DNA from: Bacteroidales bacterium
GTDB lineage: Bacteria; Bacteroidota; Bacteroidia; Bacteroidales; VadinHA17
DNA: 64,000 nucleotides
Reading direction: 5' to 3'
Assembly (NCBI GenBank): GCA_035299385.1
Contig: DATGWQ010000268.1
Coordinates: forward strand, 3,279-67,278
In this document: positions 36,569 through 45,552 of the stretch, in pieces
Position numbering within the stretch: position 1 is the stretch's first letter
Layout of the letters: every line of letters begins with the position of its first letter
The notes under the pieces: model-generated
Seen by the model: the letters and a program-made list of their open reading frames with translations, nothing else
What the model was told of the DNA's origin: nothing
The model's database searches: none
Made by a program: the position numbers and the translations under genes

Positions 36569-37993
36569 ATGAAAATGAAAAGATTATCTTACATATCGCT
36601 TGCTACTCTTCTCACTTTAGGCGCCTGCAATTCGCGCCTGTACACGGGAGTCGAGTACGATGATGTCTACTTCAGCTCCAAGGATCAGCCTGTAGCCAGG
36701 GTAGACAGGGGTGCCGCTGATCAGCAATATTCATCAGACAATTACTACGATAATATATATGCTGCAGATACTCTTGTATCAGAGGAGTATTCAAATGCTG
36801 TTGACCTGGACAACCAGGCAGCCAGTAATAACGGTTACGAATATTACGATGATTTCGGATATTCATATGCCGGAAGACTGAGAAGGTTCTACGGAAATTA
36901 TTTTGATCCTTACTGGAGAGATCCTTTCTACAGCTATGGTTATCCGTTCGGATATGGTATGGGATATCCGTACAGCTACGGTTTTGGATACCCGTACAGC
37001 TATTGGGATCCCTACTATGGATATGACTACTACAATCCATACTTCGGTTACGGTTACGGACCATCTTACGGTTTCGGATATGGTTATGGCATGTATTCGG
37101 GCTTCTACGGCGGCTGGGGTGGTTACTACGGCGGATATTACGGCGGTGGATGGCCTTATGGGGGCGGCTACGGAAGAATATACGACGACCGCAACAGCGT
37201 GGCTTATGGCAGGAGGGAAAGGCCGAGTACTCTTTCATCCAGGTGGAATTCCGGAACAGGCATAACCGGATCAGCAAGAAGAGACACCTACTCAGGCACA
37301 ACTTCCACTGCATCGAGAAGAACAGGAACTCCTTCTTCACCGGCATCTGCCAGCTCCAGGAGGGATAACGCTACTGTATCAGCAAGGCAGACAGACAGGA
37401 CACAGGTTGACAGGACCATTCAGAGCCAGTCAAAAGGTTCCGTAAATTCAACATCAAGAAGTGCATCTTCAAGGCCTGAATACAACAGCTCAGGCAGATC
37501 ATATACTCCAAGCTACAACAACCCGCGCATGCCCACACGTCCTTCCTATAATAACAGCAGGGCAGTTGAAAACTCAGGTGTGCGGTCGCGCGAAGACAAT
37601 AATCAGCCGGTAATGCGCAGCCCCTCGAGCCAGCCTTCAAACCAGGGGACTTACCAGGCTCCTTCGAGAAGGTCAGAATCGTCGTCCTCATACTCAGCTC
37701 CCGCAAGCCGCTCCAACACATACAGGAGCGTTGAACCCTCAAGAAGCTCCAGGTCTGCTGACGTATACAGGAGCCCGAGCTATTCTGCCCCGGCTTCAAG
37801 AAGCTATTCACCATCCAATAGCGGAAGCTCTTACTCAGGTGGGAGCAGCAGATCATACAGCAGCGGATCCTCCTATAGCGGTGGTTCAAGCAGTGGCGGA
37901 TCATCTTACAGCGGAGGCGGATCTTCGGGCAGCTCATCAGGTGGCTCATCAAGATCATCCTCGTCAGGCGGTTCTTCTTCAGGAAGGCGATAA
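36569..37993 (+). CDS. lipoprotein with Tyr/Gly/Pro-rich core and long Ser/Arg-rich tail
   Basis: Lipobox LLTLGAC. Core GYPFGYGMGYPYSYGFGYPYSYWDPYYGYDYYNPYFGYGYG...GGWGGYYGGYYGGGW. About 250 aa of S/R/P/T tail with a duplicated SYSAPASRS and GSSYSGGSS repeats. Confidence 0.65.
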   Translation: MKMKRLSYISLATLLTLGACNSRLYTGVEYDDVYFSSKDQPVARVDRGAADQQYSSDNYYDNIYAADTLVSEEYSNAVDLDNQAASNNGYEYYDDFGYSYAGRLRRFYGNYFDPYWRDPFYSYGYPFGYGMGYPYSYGFGYPYSYWDPYYGYDYYNPYFGYGYGPSYGFGYGYGMYSGFYGGWGGYYGGYYGGGWPYGGGYGRIYDDRNSVAYGRRERPSTLSSRWNSGTGITGSARRDTYSGTTSTASRRTGTPSSPASASSRRDNATVSARQTDRTQVDRTIQSQSKGSVNSTSRSASSRPEYNSSGRSYTPSYNNPRMPTRPSYNNSRAVENSGVRSREDNNQPVMRSPSSQPSNQGTYQAPSRRSESSSSYSAPASRSNTYRSVEPSRSSRSADVYRSPSYSAPASRSYSPSNSGSSYSGGSSRSYSSGSSYSGGSSSGGSSYSGGGSSGSSSGGSSRSSSSGGSSSGRR

Positions 37994-38042
37994 AGCTGTA
38001 ATATCCTCTGATTGAGGGAAATTCTAACAAAAAAATCAAATT

Positions 38043-39524
38043 ATGAAAAGGATCAGTTTCGTAATATTAACCTTCCTTTGTGCTTCCGCAGGCATATTCG
38101 CCCAGAATGTGGATGATGCACTGCGGTATTCACAGATATTTTACGGTGGCACTTCGAGGTTTACTTCCATGGGAGGTGCGTTCACTGCGATAGGAGGAGA
38201 TATCTCATCCCTCAGCCAGAACCCGGCAGGGCTGGGAGTATTCAGATCATCTGAAATAAGCATCAGCCCGCAACTATCCCATACAAAAACAGATGCCGGA
38301 TTTTTCGGAAGATCCTCCAACTACGTGTATAATTTTGGCCTTAACCAGGCAGGCATCGTCAGCAACCTCATCTCAAATGCAAGCGGCCTGATTTCTTTAA
38401 ATGCCGGTTATTCCTTCAATAAGACCAATAACCTGAACCAGTCCGTAAGAATACAGGGAATAAATACGGGAAGCTCAATGGCGGATTACTGGGCCCGCTC
38501 AAGCCAGGGCACACACTATAAAGACCTTCTTGACGCAGCCGGAATAGCATATGATGCCTGGGTGATTGACACAATAACAGGCTCGGGAGGCAGATCATAC
38601 GGCACGGTATTCAATAATTATGGTGACAACCCTCCTTCAGTCTACGGACAGAATGTTCGCAGGCTTATTACCGATGAGGGCTTTACCGGTGAACATGCTC
38701 TTTCGATAGGTGGAAACTATGAAAACAAAATATATTTCGGTGCGACACTTGGCATCAACAAAATAAAGTACACAGGCCATTTTGAACATCTCGAATCAAC
38801 AGATGCAGCGCTGCCTTCCGAATTTAAGAACTTTACATACACAGATCATTTTGAGAACAGCGGAACAGGTTATTCAATAAAGATCGGTGCCATATTCCGC
38901 CCGGTTGAAATGCTGCGACTGGGAATTGCATTCCATTCGCCGACCTGGTATAAGATCAATGAGTATTTCTATGAAGATATCTCCTCAAATTTCACAGGTG
39001 GAGGCAAATACAATTTCTCAGTAGACCCGCAAAGATACCAGTATGCCCTTGCAACTCCTTTCAGGGTCCTGGCGGGTGCAGCCGTTCAGATCGGTAAAAT
39101 GGGACTGCTGAGCGCTGATTACGAATTTGTCGATTACAGCACTGCAAGATTCTCCGAAACGGGAGACGGTTATGATTACAGCGAAAAGAACGACATTATT
39201 AAGAGTACTCTCAAGCCAGTTAATAATTTGAGGTTTGGAGGAGAGCTCAGGCTTGACAAGCTGTATCTGCGCGGTGGTTACGGATATTATGGCAAGGCAT
39301 TCCGCAGCGGTGAGGACAACCAGGATCTTCAGTATAACGCCATATCTGCGGGTATAGGTTTCCGTGAACAGAGGGTATCTGTTGATTTTGGCTTCACCAA
39401 CTTTAACTACAAACAGAAATACGTGCTTTATCCTCTCGATGTAAATGCCAGTTCCGGCATTGCAGGGCTTACTACCGACAGGAACATGTTTACCCTTACC
39501 GTAGGGTATAAGTTTGGTTATTGA
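38043..39524 (+). CDS. FadL/TodX/PorV-like outer-membrane beta-barrel protein
   Basis: 493 aa with a signal peptide. N-terminal hatch-like motif RFTSMGGAFTAIGGDISSLSQNPAGLG and C-terminal aromatic end YKFGY. Confidence 0.7.
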   Translation: MKRISFVILTFLCASAGIFAQNVDDALRYSQIFYGGTSRFTSMGGAFTAIGGDISSLSQNPAGLGVFRSSEISISPQLSHTKTDAGFFGRSSNYVYNFGLNQAGIVSNLISNASGLISLNAGYSFNKTNNLNQSVRIQGINTGSSMADYWARSSQGTHYKDLLDAAGIAYDAWVIDTITGSGGRSYGTVFNNYGDNPPSVYGQNVRRLITDEGFTGEHALSIGGNYENKIYFGATLGINKIKYTGHFEHLESTDAALPSEFKNFTYTDHFENSGTGYSIKIGAIFRPVEMLRLGIAFHSPTWYKINEYFYEDISSNFTGGGKYNFSVDPQRYQYALATPFRVLAGAAVQIGKMGLLSADYEFVDYSTARFSETGDGYDYSEKNDIIKSTLKPVNNLRFGGELRLDKLYLRGGYGYYGKAFRSGEDNQDLQYNAISAGIGFREQRVSVDFGFTNFNYKQKYVLYPLDVNASSGIAGLTTDRNMFTLTVGYKFGY

Positions 39525-39547
39525 TTTTTCTGAATATTGTTATAAAG

Positions 39548-39578
39548 TCCCCTTGCTGGTGCAGTGAGGGGATTTTTT
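39548..39578 (+). terminator. rho-independent terminator closing the 35395-39524 operon
   Basis: Stem TCCCCT (39548-39553) / AGGGGA (39567-39572) followed by TTTTTT (39573-39578). Confidence 0.7.
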
Positions 39579-40178
39579 CTACAAATATCCACCCGCTTCA
39601 GGTCCCATATTAAATATGAGATCTATTATGCTCAGGTTGGAAGTGAATTCATTTCCGAAAACCTGGAGATATCTTCTGTTTATGAACTCCTGACGTTTTT
39701 CAGGAGTGAGGCTGTATCGAAAGTCATTCGTCTGCCGGACTTCAGGAGCATATTCTGTTGTATTGCTGATCTCCCTTTCAATTTTCAGCATCCTTAACAC
39801 CTTCCTGAGCAATAAATCGTTAAGATCGAAAAGGCATTCATGCTTCCAGAGTATGATTTGTTCCAACTCCTCAAAGTAAAAATCAAAAAATGGTGAATTG
39901 CCGTAAGCCGCCCTGATTGCCCTCAGGTGGACCTGCTGCCATCTTTTAGAATAGTCAATGCGAACTTCACGTATGGGGACTTTTCTCCTGCTTCCTTCAT
40001 AGACCGGGACCGGGAGTAACAGCGGCCCGCCGGATGAAAGGATATAACAGCGGTTCCTGTAGGTCTGCTTGATATAATTCTCTTTGGCTTCAATCAGGAC
40101 TGCCCGGGAACTTTTTATTAATGAAAAATACTGGACCGGCGGCAGGTATGCTGTTGAAAGGAGTATTTTCTCCTGCAT
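39579..40178 (-). CDS. WbqC-like family protein
   Basis: 199 aa. The N-terminal pattern LSTAYLPPVQYF...ENYIKQTYRNRC is one I associate with the WbqC-like family. It starts 5 nt after the larB stop on the same strand. Confidence 0.7.
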   Translation of the reverse strand: MQEKILLSTAYLPPVQYFSLIKSSRAVLIEAKENYIKQTYRNRCYILSSGGPLLLPVPVYEGSRRKVPIREVRIDYSKRWQQVHLRAIRAAYGNSPFFDFYFEELEQIILWKHECLFDLNDLLLRKVLRMLKIEREISNTTEYAPEVRQTNDFRYSLTPEKRQEFINRRYLQVFGNEFTSNLSIIDLIFNMGPEAGGYL

Positions 40179-40183
40179 CTGGG

Positions 40184-40933
40184 TTATTTCATTTTATTGA
40201 TCATGCTTGCGCTGAAGCCTGCGCCAAAGCCGTTATCGATATTCACGACAGTCACGCCTGCAGAACAGCTGGTCAGCATGGCAAGCAAAGCTGAAATCCC
40301 TCCGAAATTTGCACCGTAACCAACGCTTGTCGGCACCGCAATCACAGGTTTGTCAACAAGGCCACCGACAACGCTTGCAAGGGCTCCTTCCATGCCTGCA
40401 ATAACAACAATTACCCTGCATTGCCTTATTTCGGCGAGCTTGTCAACGAGCCGGTGAATACCTGCAACTCCCGCATCATAGATCCTGAGAACGTTGTTGC
40501 CCAGCAGCTCTGCTGTTATCGCTGCTTCCTCTGCCACGGGCATGTCGGATGTGCCGGCAGTGATAACTGCAATTCTTGTTTCCGGGCAATCAGGCTTTTT
40601 CTTCTGGACAGCTATGATCCGTGCAACAGGGTAATATACAGCATCAGCTGCGATCTCTTTTACAGCTTCAAACATCGTGTTGTCTGCGCGTGTGCCGATC
40701 ACATTATTTTCCCTCGTGATCATCACCCGGAATATCTCCCTGACCTGCGCAACAGTTTTGCCTGCACAGTAAACAATTTCAGGGTAACCTGTACGAATCT
40801 CGCGATGGTGATCAATCTTGGCAAACCCAAGATCGCTGTACGGGAAATTCTTCAGTATTTCGAGTGCATCGTTTACGCTCCTTTTGCCGTCCCTGACATC
40901 TGACAGCAGTTTTTCAACTTCTTTGATATTCAT
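40184..40933 (-). CDS. larB: nickel-pincer cofactor biosynthesis protein LarB (NaAD carboxylase/hydrolase, PurE-like)
   Basis: 249 aa with FAKIDHHREIRTGYPEIVYCAGKT and a PurE-like C-terminal half ITAGTSDMPVAEEA...AGMEGALASVVGG. Confidence 0.88.
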   Translation of the reverse strand: MNIKEVEKLLSDVRDGKRSVNDALEILKNFPYSDLGFAKIDHHREIRTGYPEIVYCAGKTVAQVREIFRVMITRENNVIGTRADNTMFEAVKEIAADAVYYPVARIIAVQKKKPDCPETRIAVITAGTSDMPVAEEAAITAELLGNNVLRIYDAGVAGIHRLVDKLAEIRQCRVIVVIAGMEGALASVVGGLVDKPVIAVPTSVGYGANFGGISALLAMLTSCSAGVTVVNIDNGFGAGFSASMINKMK

Positions 40934-41733
40934 GAGTCGTGGTTTTGAGGGTTCAGGCTTCCTGTCCTGTAGCCTTCAAGGTCCAAAGATATATACCTGA
41001 ACCCTGATTTCTTCATTCCCGTGATTATCTGTTCCCTGATTTCCTTCTGCATTATTCTTTCCAGGTACCCGGGAGTGCATTCTATGCGTGCAACATCGCC
41101 ATGCATTCTGACCCTGGTGCCCGGGAATCCGAGCTCAAAGAACAGGTTCTCTGCAGCTTCGATCATCCTTAGCATTGATTCGCTTATGACCGTATTATAA
41201 GGTATCCTTGTAAGCAGGCAAGCCATAGCCGGGCGGTCCCAGGTGCTCAGACCAGCCTGTTTGCTGAACTGCCTTATTTCAGCTTTGGTTAGTCCCGCTT
41301 CCAGTAGTGGGCTTCGAATTCCAAGTTCATTGAGAGCTTTCAATCCAGGTCTGAACTCACCTGTGTCATCGGCGTTTGTTCCGTCAGCTACATACCTGAG
41401 GTTGTTCTTTTTTCCAAAATCAATGAGATCTGTAAACAAGTTCTTCTTGCACAGGTAACATCTTTGCGGGGGATTGTTCCTGATCATTTCAGGGAATTCG
41501 ATATCTATGATCGTATGCTTAATCCCGTGCCGGGAAGTGAATTCAACTGCATCTGATATCTCTCTCACAGGCGTATAAGCTGTTCTGATCGTAGCTGCGA
41601 TGACCTCGATCTTTTTAAGCGAATGTGCCCTTTGAAGCAGGAAAGTGCTGTCGACCCCGCCTGAAAACGCCAGGACAAATGAGCCAAGATCAGCCAGTAT
41701 CCTGTCCAGCCTTTTTGATTTTTCCTCTATCAT
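40930..41733 (-). CDS. larE: ATP-dependent sulfur transferase LarE (PP-loop)
   Basis: 267 aa with PP-loop AFSGGVDS and Cys residues at RCYLCK and MACLL. It overlaps larB by 4 nt. Confidence 0.88.
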   Translation of the reverse strand: MIEEKSKRLDRILADLGSFVLAFSGGVDSTFLLQRAHSLKKIEVIAATIRTAYTPVREISDAVEFTSRHGIKHTIIDIEFPEMIRNNPPQRCYLCKKNLFTDLIDFGKKNNLRYVADGTNADDTGEFRPGLKALNELGIRSPLLEAGLTKAEIRQFSKQAGLSTWDRPAMACLLTRIPYNTVISESMLRMIEAAENLFFELGFPGTRVRMHGDVARIECTPGYLERIMQKEIREQIITGMKKSGFRYISLDLEGYRTGSLNPQNHDS

Positions 41734-41736
41734 TCG

Positions 41737-42912
41737 TCAACCTTTTCCCGTTAACCGTGACATTATCCTGGAATACACCTCCTTGAGAGGTATCCCTTTT
41801 TCGTCGGCGATCCTTTTGCAATCGTCGTACTCGGGTTTAAATGATACCTCTTTCCCTTCATGGAACGATCTCTTGACACTCACCTTGCCAAATTCGGTTT
41901 CTATTGTTTCAAATTTCCTTTCAAGAGTATCCTTTTTGAAAACAAATGTCCTTATTCCAAGCGTGGTTGATTCAGAGAAGATTACCTTTTTCAATGCATC
42001 CGTCAAACCTGTTTCACATATTACTTTAAGCATGATGCCCGGCCTGCCTTTTTTCATGATGATGTTTGACAGAAAAACATCTGCAGCGCCTGCTGCAAAC
42101 AATCTCGAGGACAGGTGATCGAAAAATTCAGGGTTCATGTCATCGATGTTGCATTCGAGCATCACAGCATCATGCCCCTTATCGGCCTGTCCGGCAGGTT
42201 CACAGAGAAATACCCTGAGAAGATTCGGAATATCGGGATTCTGTTTCTGACCTACGCCATAGCCTGTCCTGATCACTTTCAGTTGACGGCCATTGCTGAA
42301 GTCCGTTCCAAGTGTTGCAACAATGGCAGCTCCTGTGGGCGTCGTTGCCTCAAAATTCACACCTCCCTGCCTCACAGGTAACCCGCTTATGATTTCCGCT
42401 GTTGCAGGGGCAGGCACTGGAAGTTTTCCATGCTCGCATTTCACGAAACCGCTTCCCAGTTCCACGAAAGGGACATACACTTCATCCACACCCAGCTCAT
42501 TGAAGCATATTGCCGCGCCAACAACATCGATAATAGAGTCAATGGCTCCAACTTCATGAAAATGGACTTGATCGACTGGAATACCATGGACCTTCGCTTC
42601 AGCTACTGCAATTTTGCTGAAAATCTTAAGGCTCAGCTCTTTAGTCCTGTCATCAAGGGATGATGAATTTACAATATTCTCAATATCAGACAGATGCCTG
42701 TGCGCGTGCTCATGCCTCGTCTGCTTCACAGTTACCTTTGTGCCGGAGATGCCATGCCTCTGGTCTCTTTCTGCTAACAGTTCCCATCCTTCCAGGTTAA
42801 GCTTGCCGAGTTCGCCTGTGAGCCAGGTTTTTTCGATTCCCAGGTCGATCATTGCACCCAGGTTCATATCTCCGCTGATCCCGGAAAAGCAGTCATAATG
42901 AAGTATTTTCAT
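41737..42912 (-). CDS. larC: nickel insertion protein LarC (P2TMN nickel chelatase)
   Basis: 391 aa, N-terminus MKILHYDCFSGISGDMNLGAMIDLG, single unfused-frame ORF. It ends 3 nt upstream of larE. Confidence 0.9.
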   Translation of the reverse strand: MKILHYDCFSGISGDMNLGAMIDLGIEKTWLTGELGKLNLEGWELLAERDQRHGISGTKVTVKQTRHEHAHRHLSDIENIVNSSSLDDRTKELSLKIFSKIAVAEAKVHGIPVDQVHFHEVGAIDSIIDVVGAAICFNELGVDEVYVPFVELGSGFVKCEHGKLPVPAPATAEIISGLPVRQGGVNFEATTPTGAAIVATLGTDFSNGRQLKVIRTGYGVGQKQNPDIPNLLRVFLCEPAGQADKGHDAVMLECNIDDMNPEFFDHLSSRLFAAGAADVFLSNIIMKKGRPGIMLKVICETGLTDALKKVIFSESTTLGIRTFVFKKDTLERKFETIETEFGKVSVKRSFHEGKEVSFKPEYDDCKRIADEKGIPLKEVYSRIMSRLTGKG

Positions 42913-43051
42913 GTCAATAGAAAAATTCAGATATCAATTTCGAACCGAGCCACGAAGATACTATTTACGATCCGATACTTAATAATAATAAAAAAAATCG
43001 TATTTTCGGCGCTTGTCCGGTCGTGGGTTAACACCTGAAAAATCACATAAA

Positions 43052-43972
43052 ATGAAAAGAAGAGATTTTCTTAAAACTTCACTCGGAGGCAGCATTGCAG
43101 CAGGAGCTGCATTGAAGCTGGGCGGTTACGGGAAAATGTGGAAATCAGAAGCAGCTTACGCCAAATATGATATGGTTGCTGTTATGGGGGGAAACCCTGA
43201 TGCCATGTTCGATCTTGGTATTCAGGAATTAGGCGGGATGGGAGCATTTGTGACGAAAGGCCAGAAAGTCCTCATAAAACCAAATATCGGGTGGGATGTG
43301 ATCCCGGAGCTCGCTTCCAATACCAATCCTGCCCTTGTAAAAAGAATTATCGAACATTGTTTCAAAGCAGGTGCCAAAGAGGTGTATGTCTTCGATCATA
43401 CCATCGATAACTGGATTAACTGCTACAAAAATTCCGGCATAGAGAAAGCAGCAAAAAGCGCCGGAGCTAAAGTTGTACCCGGCCATTCGGAAAATTATTA
43501 TCACGAAATATCCATCCCCGGAGGCGTACAGCTTCAGAAAGCAAAAGTGCATGAGCTTCTGCTCGAAACTGACGTATTCATCAATGTGCCGATTCTGAAA
43601 GATCATAATTCCACCAGGATGACCGCTTCCCTGAAGAATATGATGGGGGTTATCTGGGACAGGGGATACTGGCATTCGAACAACCTTGACCAGTGCATAG
43701 CCGATTATGCATTATACGAGAAAAAACCGGCGCTGAACATTATCGACTGTTATAATGTAAAGGTGAAGCATGGACCACAGGGTGTTTCAAAGGAAGACAA
43801 TGTACTTATGAAATCCCAGATAATCTCCACCGACTGGGTTGCCGCAGACACAGCCGCTGCAAGAATGCTCAAGGTCCCTGTAGAAAAAATAGGATATATT
43901 CCCATAGCTCATAAAATGGGCCTCGGAAACATGAATATAGACGGTCTGAATATTAAAAGGATAAAAATGTAG
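43052..43972 (+). CDS. Tat-exported DUF362-family protein
   Basis: The ATG at 43052 gives the twin-arginine signal MKRRDFLKTSLGGSIAAGAA. VLIKPNIGW and ILKDHNSTRMTASLKNMMG motifs match my recollection of DUF362. The track start at 43013 is TTG. Confidence 0.75.
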   Translation: MKRRDFLKTSLGGSIAAGAALKLGGYGKMWKSEAAYAKYDMVAVMGGNPDAMFDLGIQELGGMGAFVTKGQKVLIKPNIGWDVIPELASNTNPALVKRIIEHCFKAGAKEVYVFDHTIDNWINCYKNSGIEKAAKSAGAKVVPGHSENYYHEISIPGGVQLQKAKVHELLLETDVFINVPILKDHNSTRMTASLKNMMGVIWDRGYWHSNNLDQCIADYALYEKKPALNIIDCYNVKVKHGPQGVSKEDNVLMKSQIISTDWVAADTAAARMLKVPVEKIGYIPIAHKMGLGNMNIDGLNIKRIKM

Positions 43973-43976
43973 CCTG

Positions 43977-45542
43977 ATGAAATCACATCAGCTGAGGACT
44001 TTGCGTATCATCATCGCAGGATTATTTTTTATCAGTGTTTTCTTTGTTTTTGCTGATTTCAGATCATTAATCCCGGCAAAATATACTGAACTCCTTCTCT
44101 CGCTGCAGTTCATCCCTTCTGCACTGAAGTTTTTCAATGCAGGCACTCTCGTTGCAGGAGGATTCATAACCGTAATGGTCCTCACAGTCTTTACGGGACG
44201 TACTTACTGCTCCTTCCTTTGTCCGCTGGGGATCGGACAGGATATCTTCAGCCGGATCGGGGGCAAATTCCGCAGGAAATTCCGCCGGTACGGATACAAG
44301 CGGCCACATACGGTTCTGCGGTACATCATACTTGCCGCAACACTTGTGGTAACAATGGTATGGGGTATCTACATGCTTACGCTTCTTGATCCCTACAGTG
44401 TTTTCGGCAGGTTCATGACCTTTCTTGCAAAACCTGCTGTAATATGGATAAATAATATTTTTGCAGGGCTTCTTGGCAGATTCGACATCTATACACTCAG
44501 CCATACACCGGTGAAACCATTTGCACTGGTGATGTACACGCTGCCGGTTGCCTTTTTCCTCCTGGTAGGAGCGATGTCGCTGACAAAAGGAAGATTCTAC
44601 TGCAACACAATTTGTCCTGTCGGCACTTTTCTCGGACTGCTTTCCAAAGTATCGATCCTGAGGATTAAAATGAACGAGTCCGCATGCACAAGGTGCGGAC
44701 GCTGCTCGATGCGTTGCAAATCATCATGTATCGATTTTCTCAGGCACGATGTTGACGTTTCCAGGTGCGTGGGCTGCTTCAACTGTATCAATGAATGTCA
44801 CGAACATGCCATCTCGTATGGAATTGTGAACCTGAAGAAGAAAGATAAAGCCGGACACGTCACAGACGAAAGCAGGAGGAAAGCTATAGCAGGATCAATC
44901 CTGTTTCTGCTGGGAATACGACAGGCGGCTGCACAGGAAACGAAAGCGCCCAAGCCAAAAAAGCCGTCGACTGTAAAGGAAGAAAAAACTAATCCTGTCT
45001 GTCCACCTGGTAGCGGCTCCATTGCTGATCTGAATAAAAAATGCACCGCCTGTTCGCTTTGTATCAATGCCTGTCCGAACGGTGTGCTTCAACCGGCTTT
45101 TAAAGAATATGGGTATACAGGCCTGATGCAACCGGTAATGAATTACCATAAAAGCTTCTGTACTTACAAATGCAGTATCTGCACTGAAGTATGTCCCACT
45201 GATGCACTGAAGCCACTGGTGCTTGAAGCAAAACAGCTTACCCAGCTTGGGAAAGTGAAATTCATCAGGGACAACTGTGTTGTTAAGACTGAGAAGACTG
45301 CCTGCGGCGCCTGCTCAGAGAGCTGCCCGACCAAAGCTGTGTACATGGTTCCCTTTGAAGGCAACCTGCTGATCCCTGAGACAAACGACGAAATATGCAT
45401 AGGGTGCGGGCATTGTGAGTATGCATGTCCGATGGTGCCCTACAAGGCAATTTACGTTGACGGGAATGCCATACATACGGCTGCCAAAAAGCCCGAAAAC
45501 GAGAAAGCAGATATAGAGACTCCAGTCGATTTCCCATTCTAA
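43977..45542 (+). CDS. NapH/NosR/MauN-like integral-membrane polyferredoxin
   Basis: 521 aa with several TM helices carrying two CX3CP motifs (CSFLCP, CNTICP). It also has six CxxCxxCxxxC(P) cluster motifs, for example CTACSLCINACP and CIGCGHCEYACP. Confidence 0.8.
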   Translation: MKSHQLRTLRIIIAGLFFISVFFVFADFRSLIPAKYTELLLSLQFIPSALKFFNAGTLVAGGFITVMVLTVFTGRTYCSFLCPLGIGQDIFSRIGGKFRRKFRRYGYKRPHTVLRYIILAATLVVTMVWGIYMLTLLDPYSVFGRFMTFLAKPAVIWINNIFAGLLGRFDIYTLSHTPVKPFALVMYTLPVAFFLLVGAMSLTKGRFYCNTICPVGTFLGLLSKVSILRIKMNESACTRCGRCSMRCKSSCIDFLRHDVDVSRCVGCFNCINECHEHAISYGIVNLKKKDKAGHVTDESRRKAIAGSILFLLGIRQAAAQETKAPKPKKPSTVKEEKTNPVCPPGSGSIADLNKKCTACSLCINACPNGVLQPAFKEYGYTGLMQPVMNYHKSFCTYKCSICTEVCPTDALKPLVLEAKQLTQLGKVKFIRDNCVVKTEKTACGACSESCPTKAVYMVPFEGNLLIPETNDEICIGCGHCEYACPMVPYKAIYVDGNAIHTAAKKPENEKADIETPVDFPF

Positions 45543-45552
45543 ATCTTAACAA

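Noticed and set aside
35431-38039. Antisense and alternative-frame ORFs within the low-complexity genes (35431-35799, 35501-35764, 35771-35968, 36134-36478, 36672-37346, 36903-37265, 37371-38039, 37731-38015)
   Set aside because: Low-complexity DNA keeps several frames open. Only the plus-strand frames chosen begin with a signal peptide or lipobox, are collinear with the downstream barrel gene, and share one terminator. I also considered that the whole tract might be non-coding. The paired export signals and the conserved (D/N)PYFGY core argue against that, but confidence is capped at 0.65.
39579-45542. Search for a LarA (lactate racemase) gene to go with larBCE
   Set aside because: No ORF of about 420 aa with LarA-like features exists in the window on either strand. 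Its absence is therefore reported as a finding, not called as a feature. A copy elsewhere in the genome cannot be excluded.
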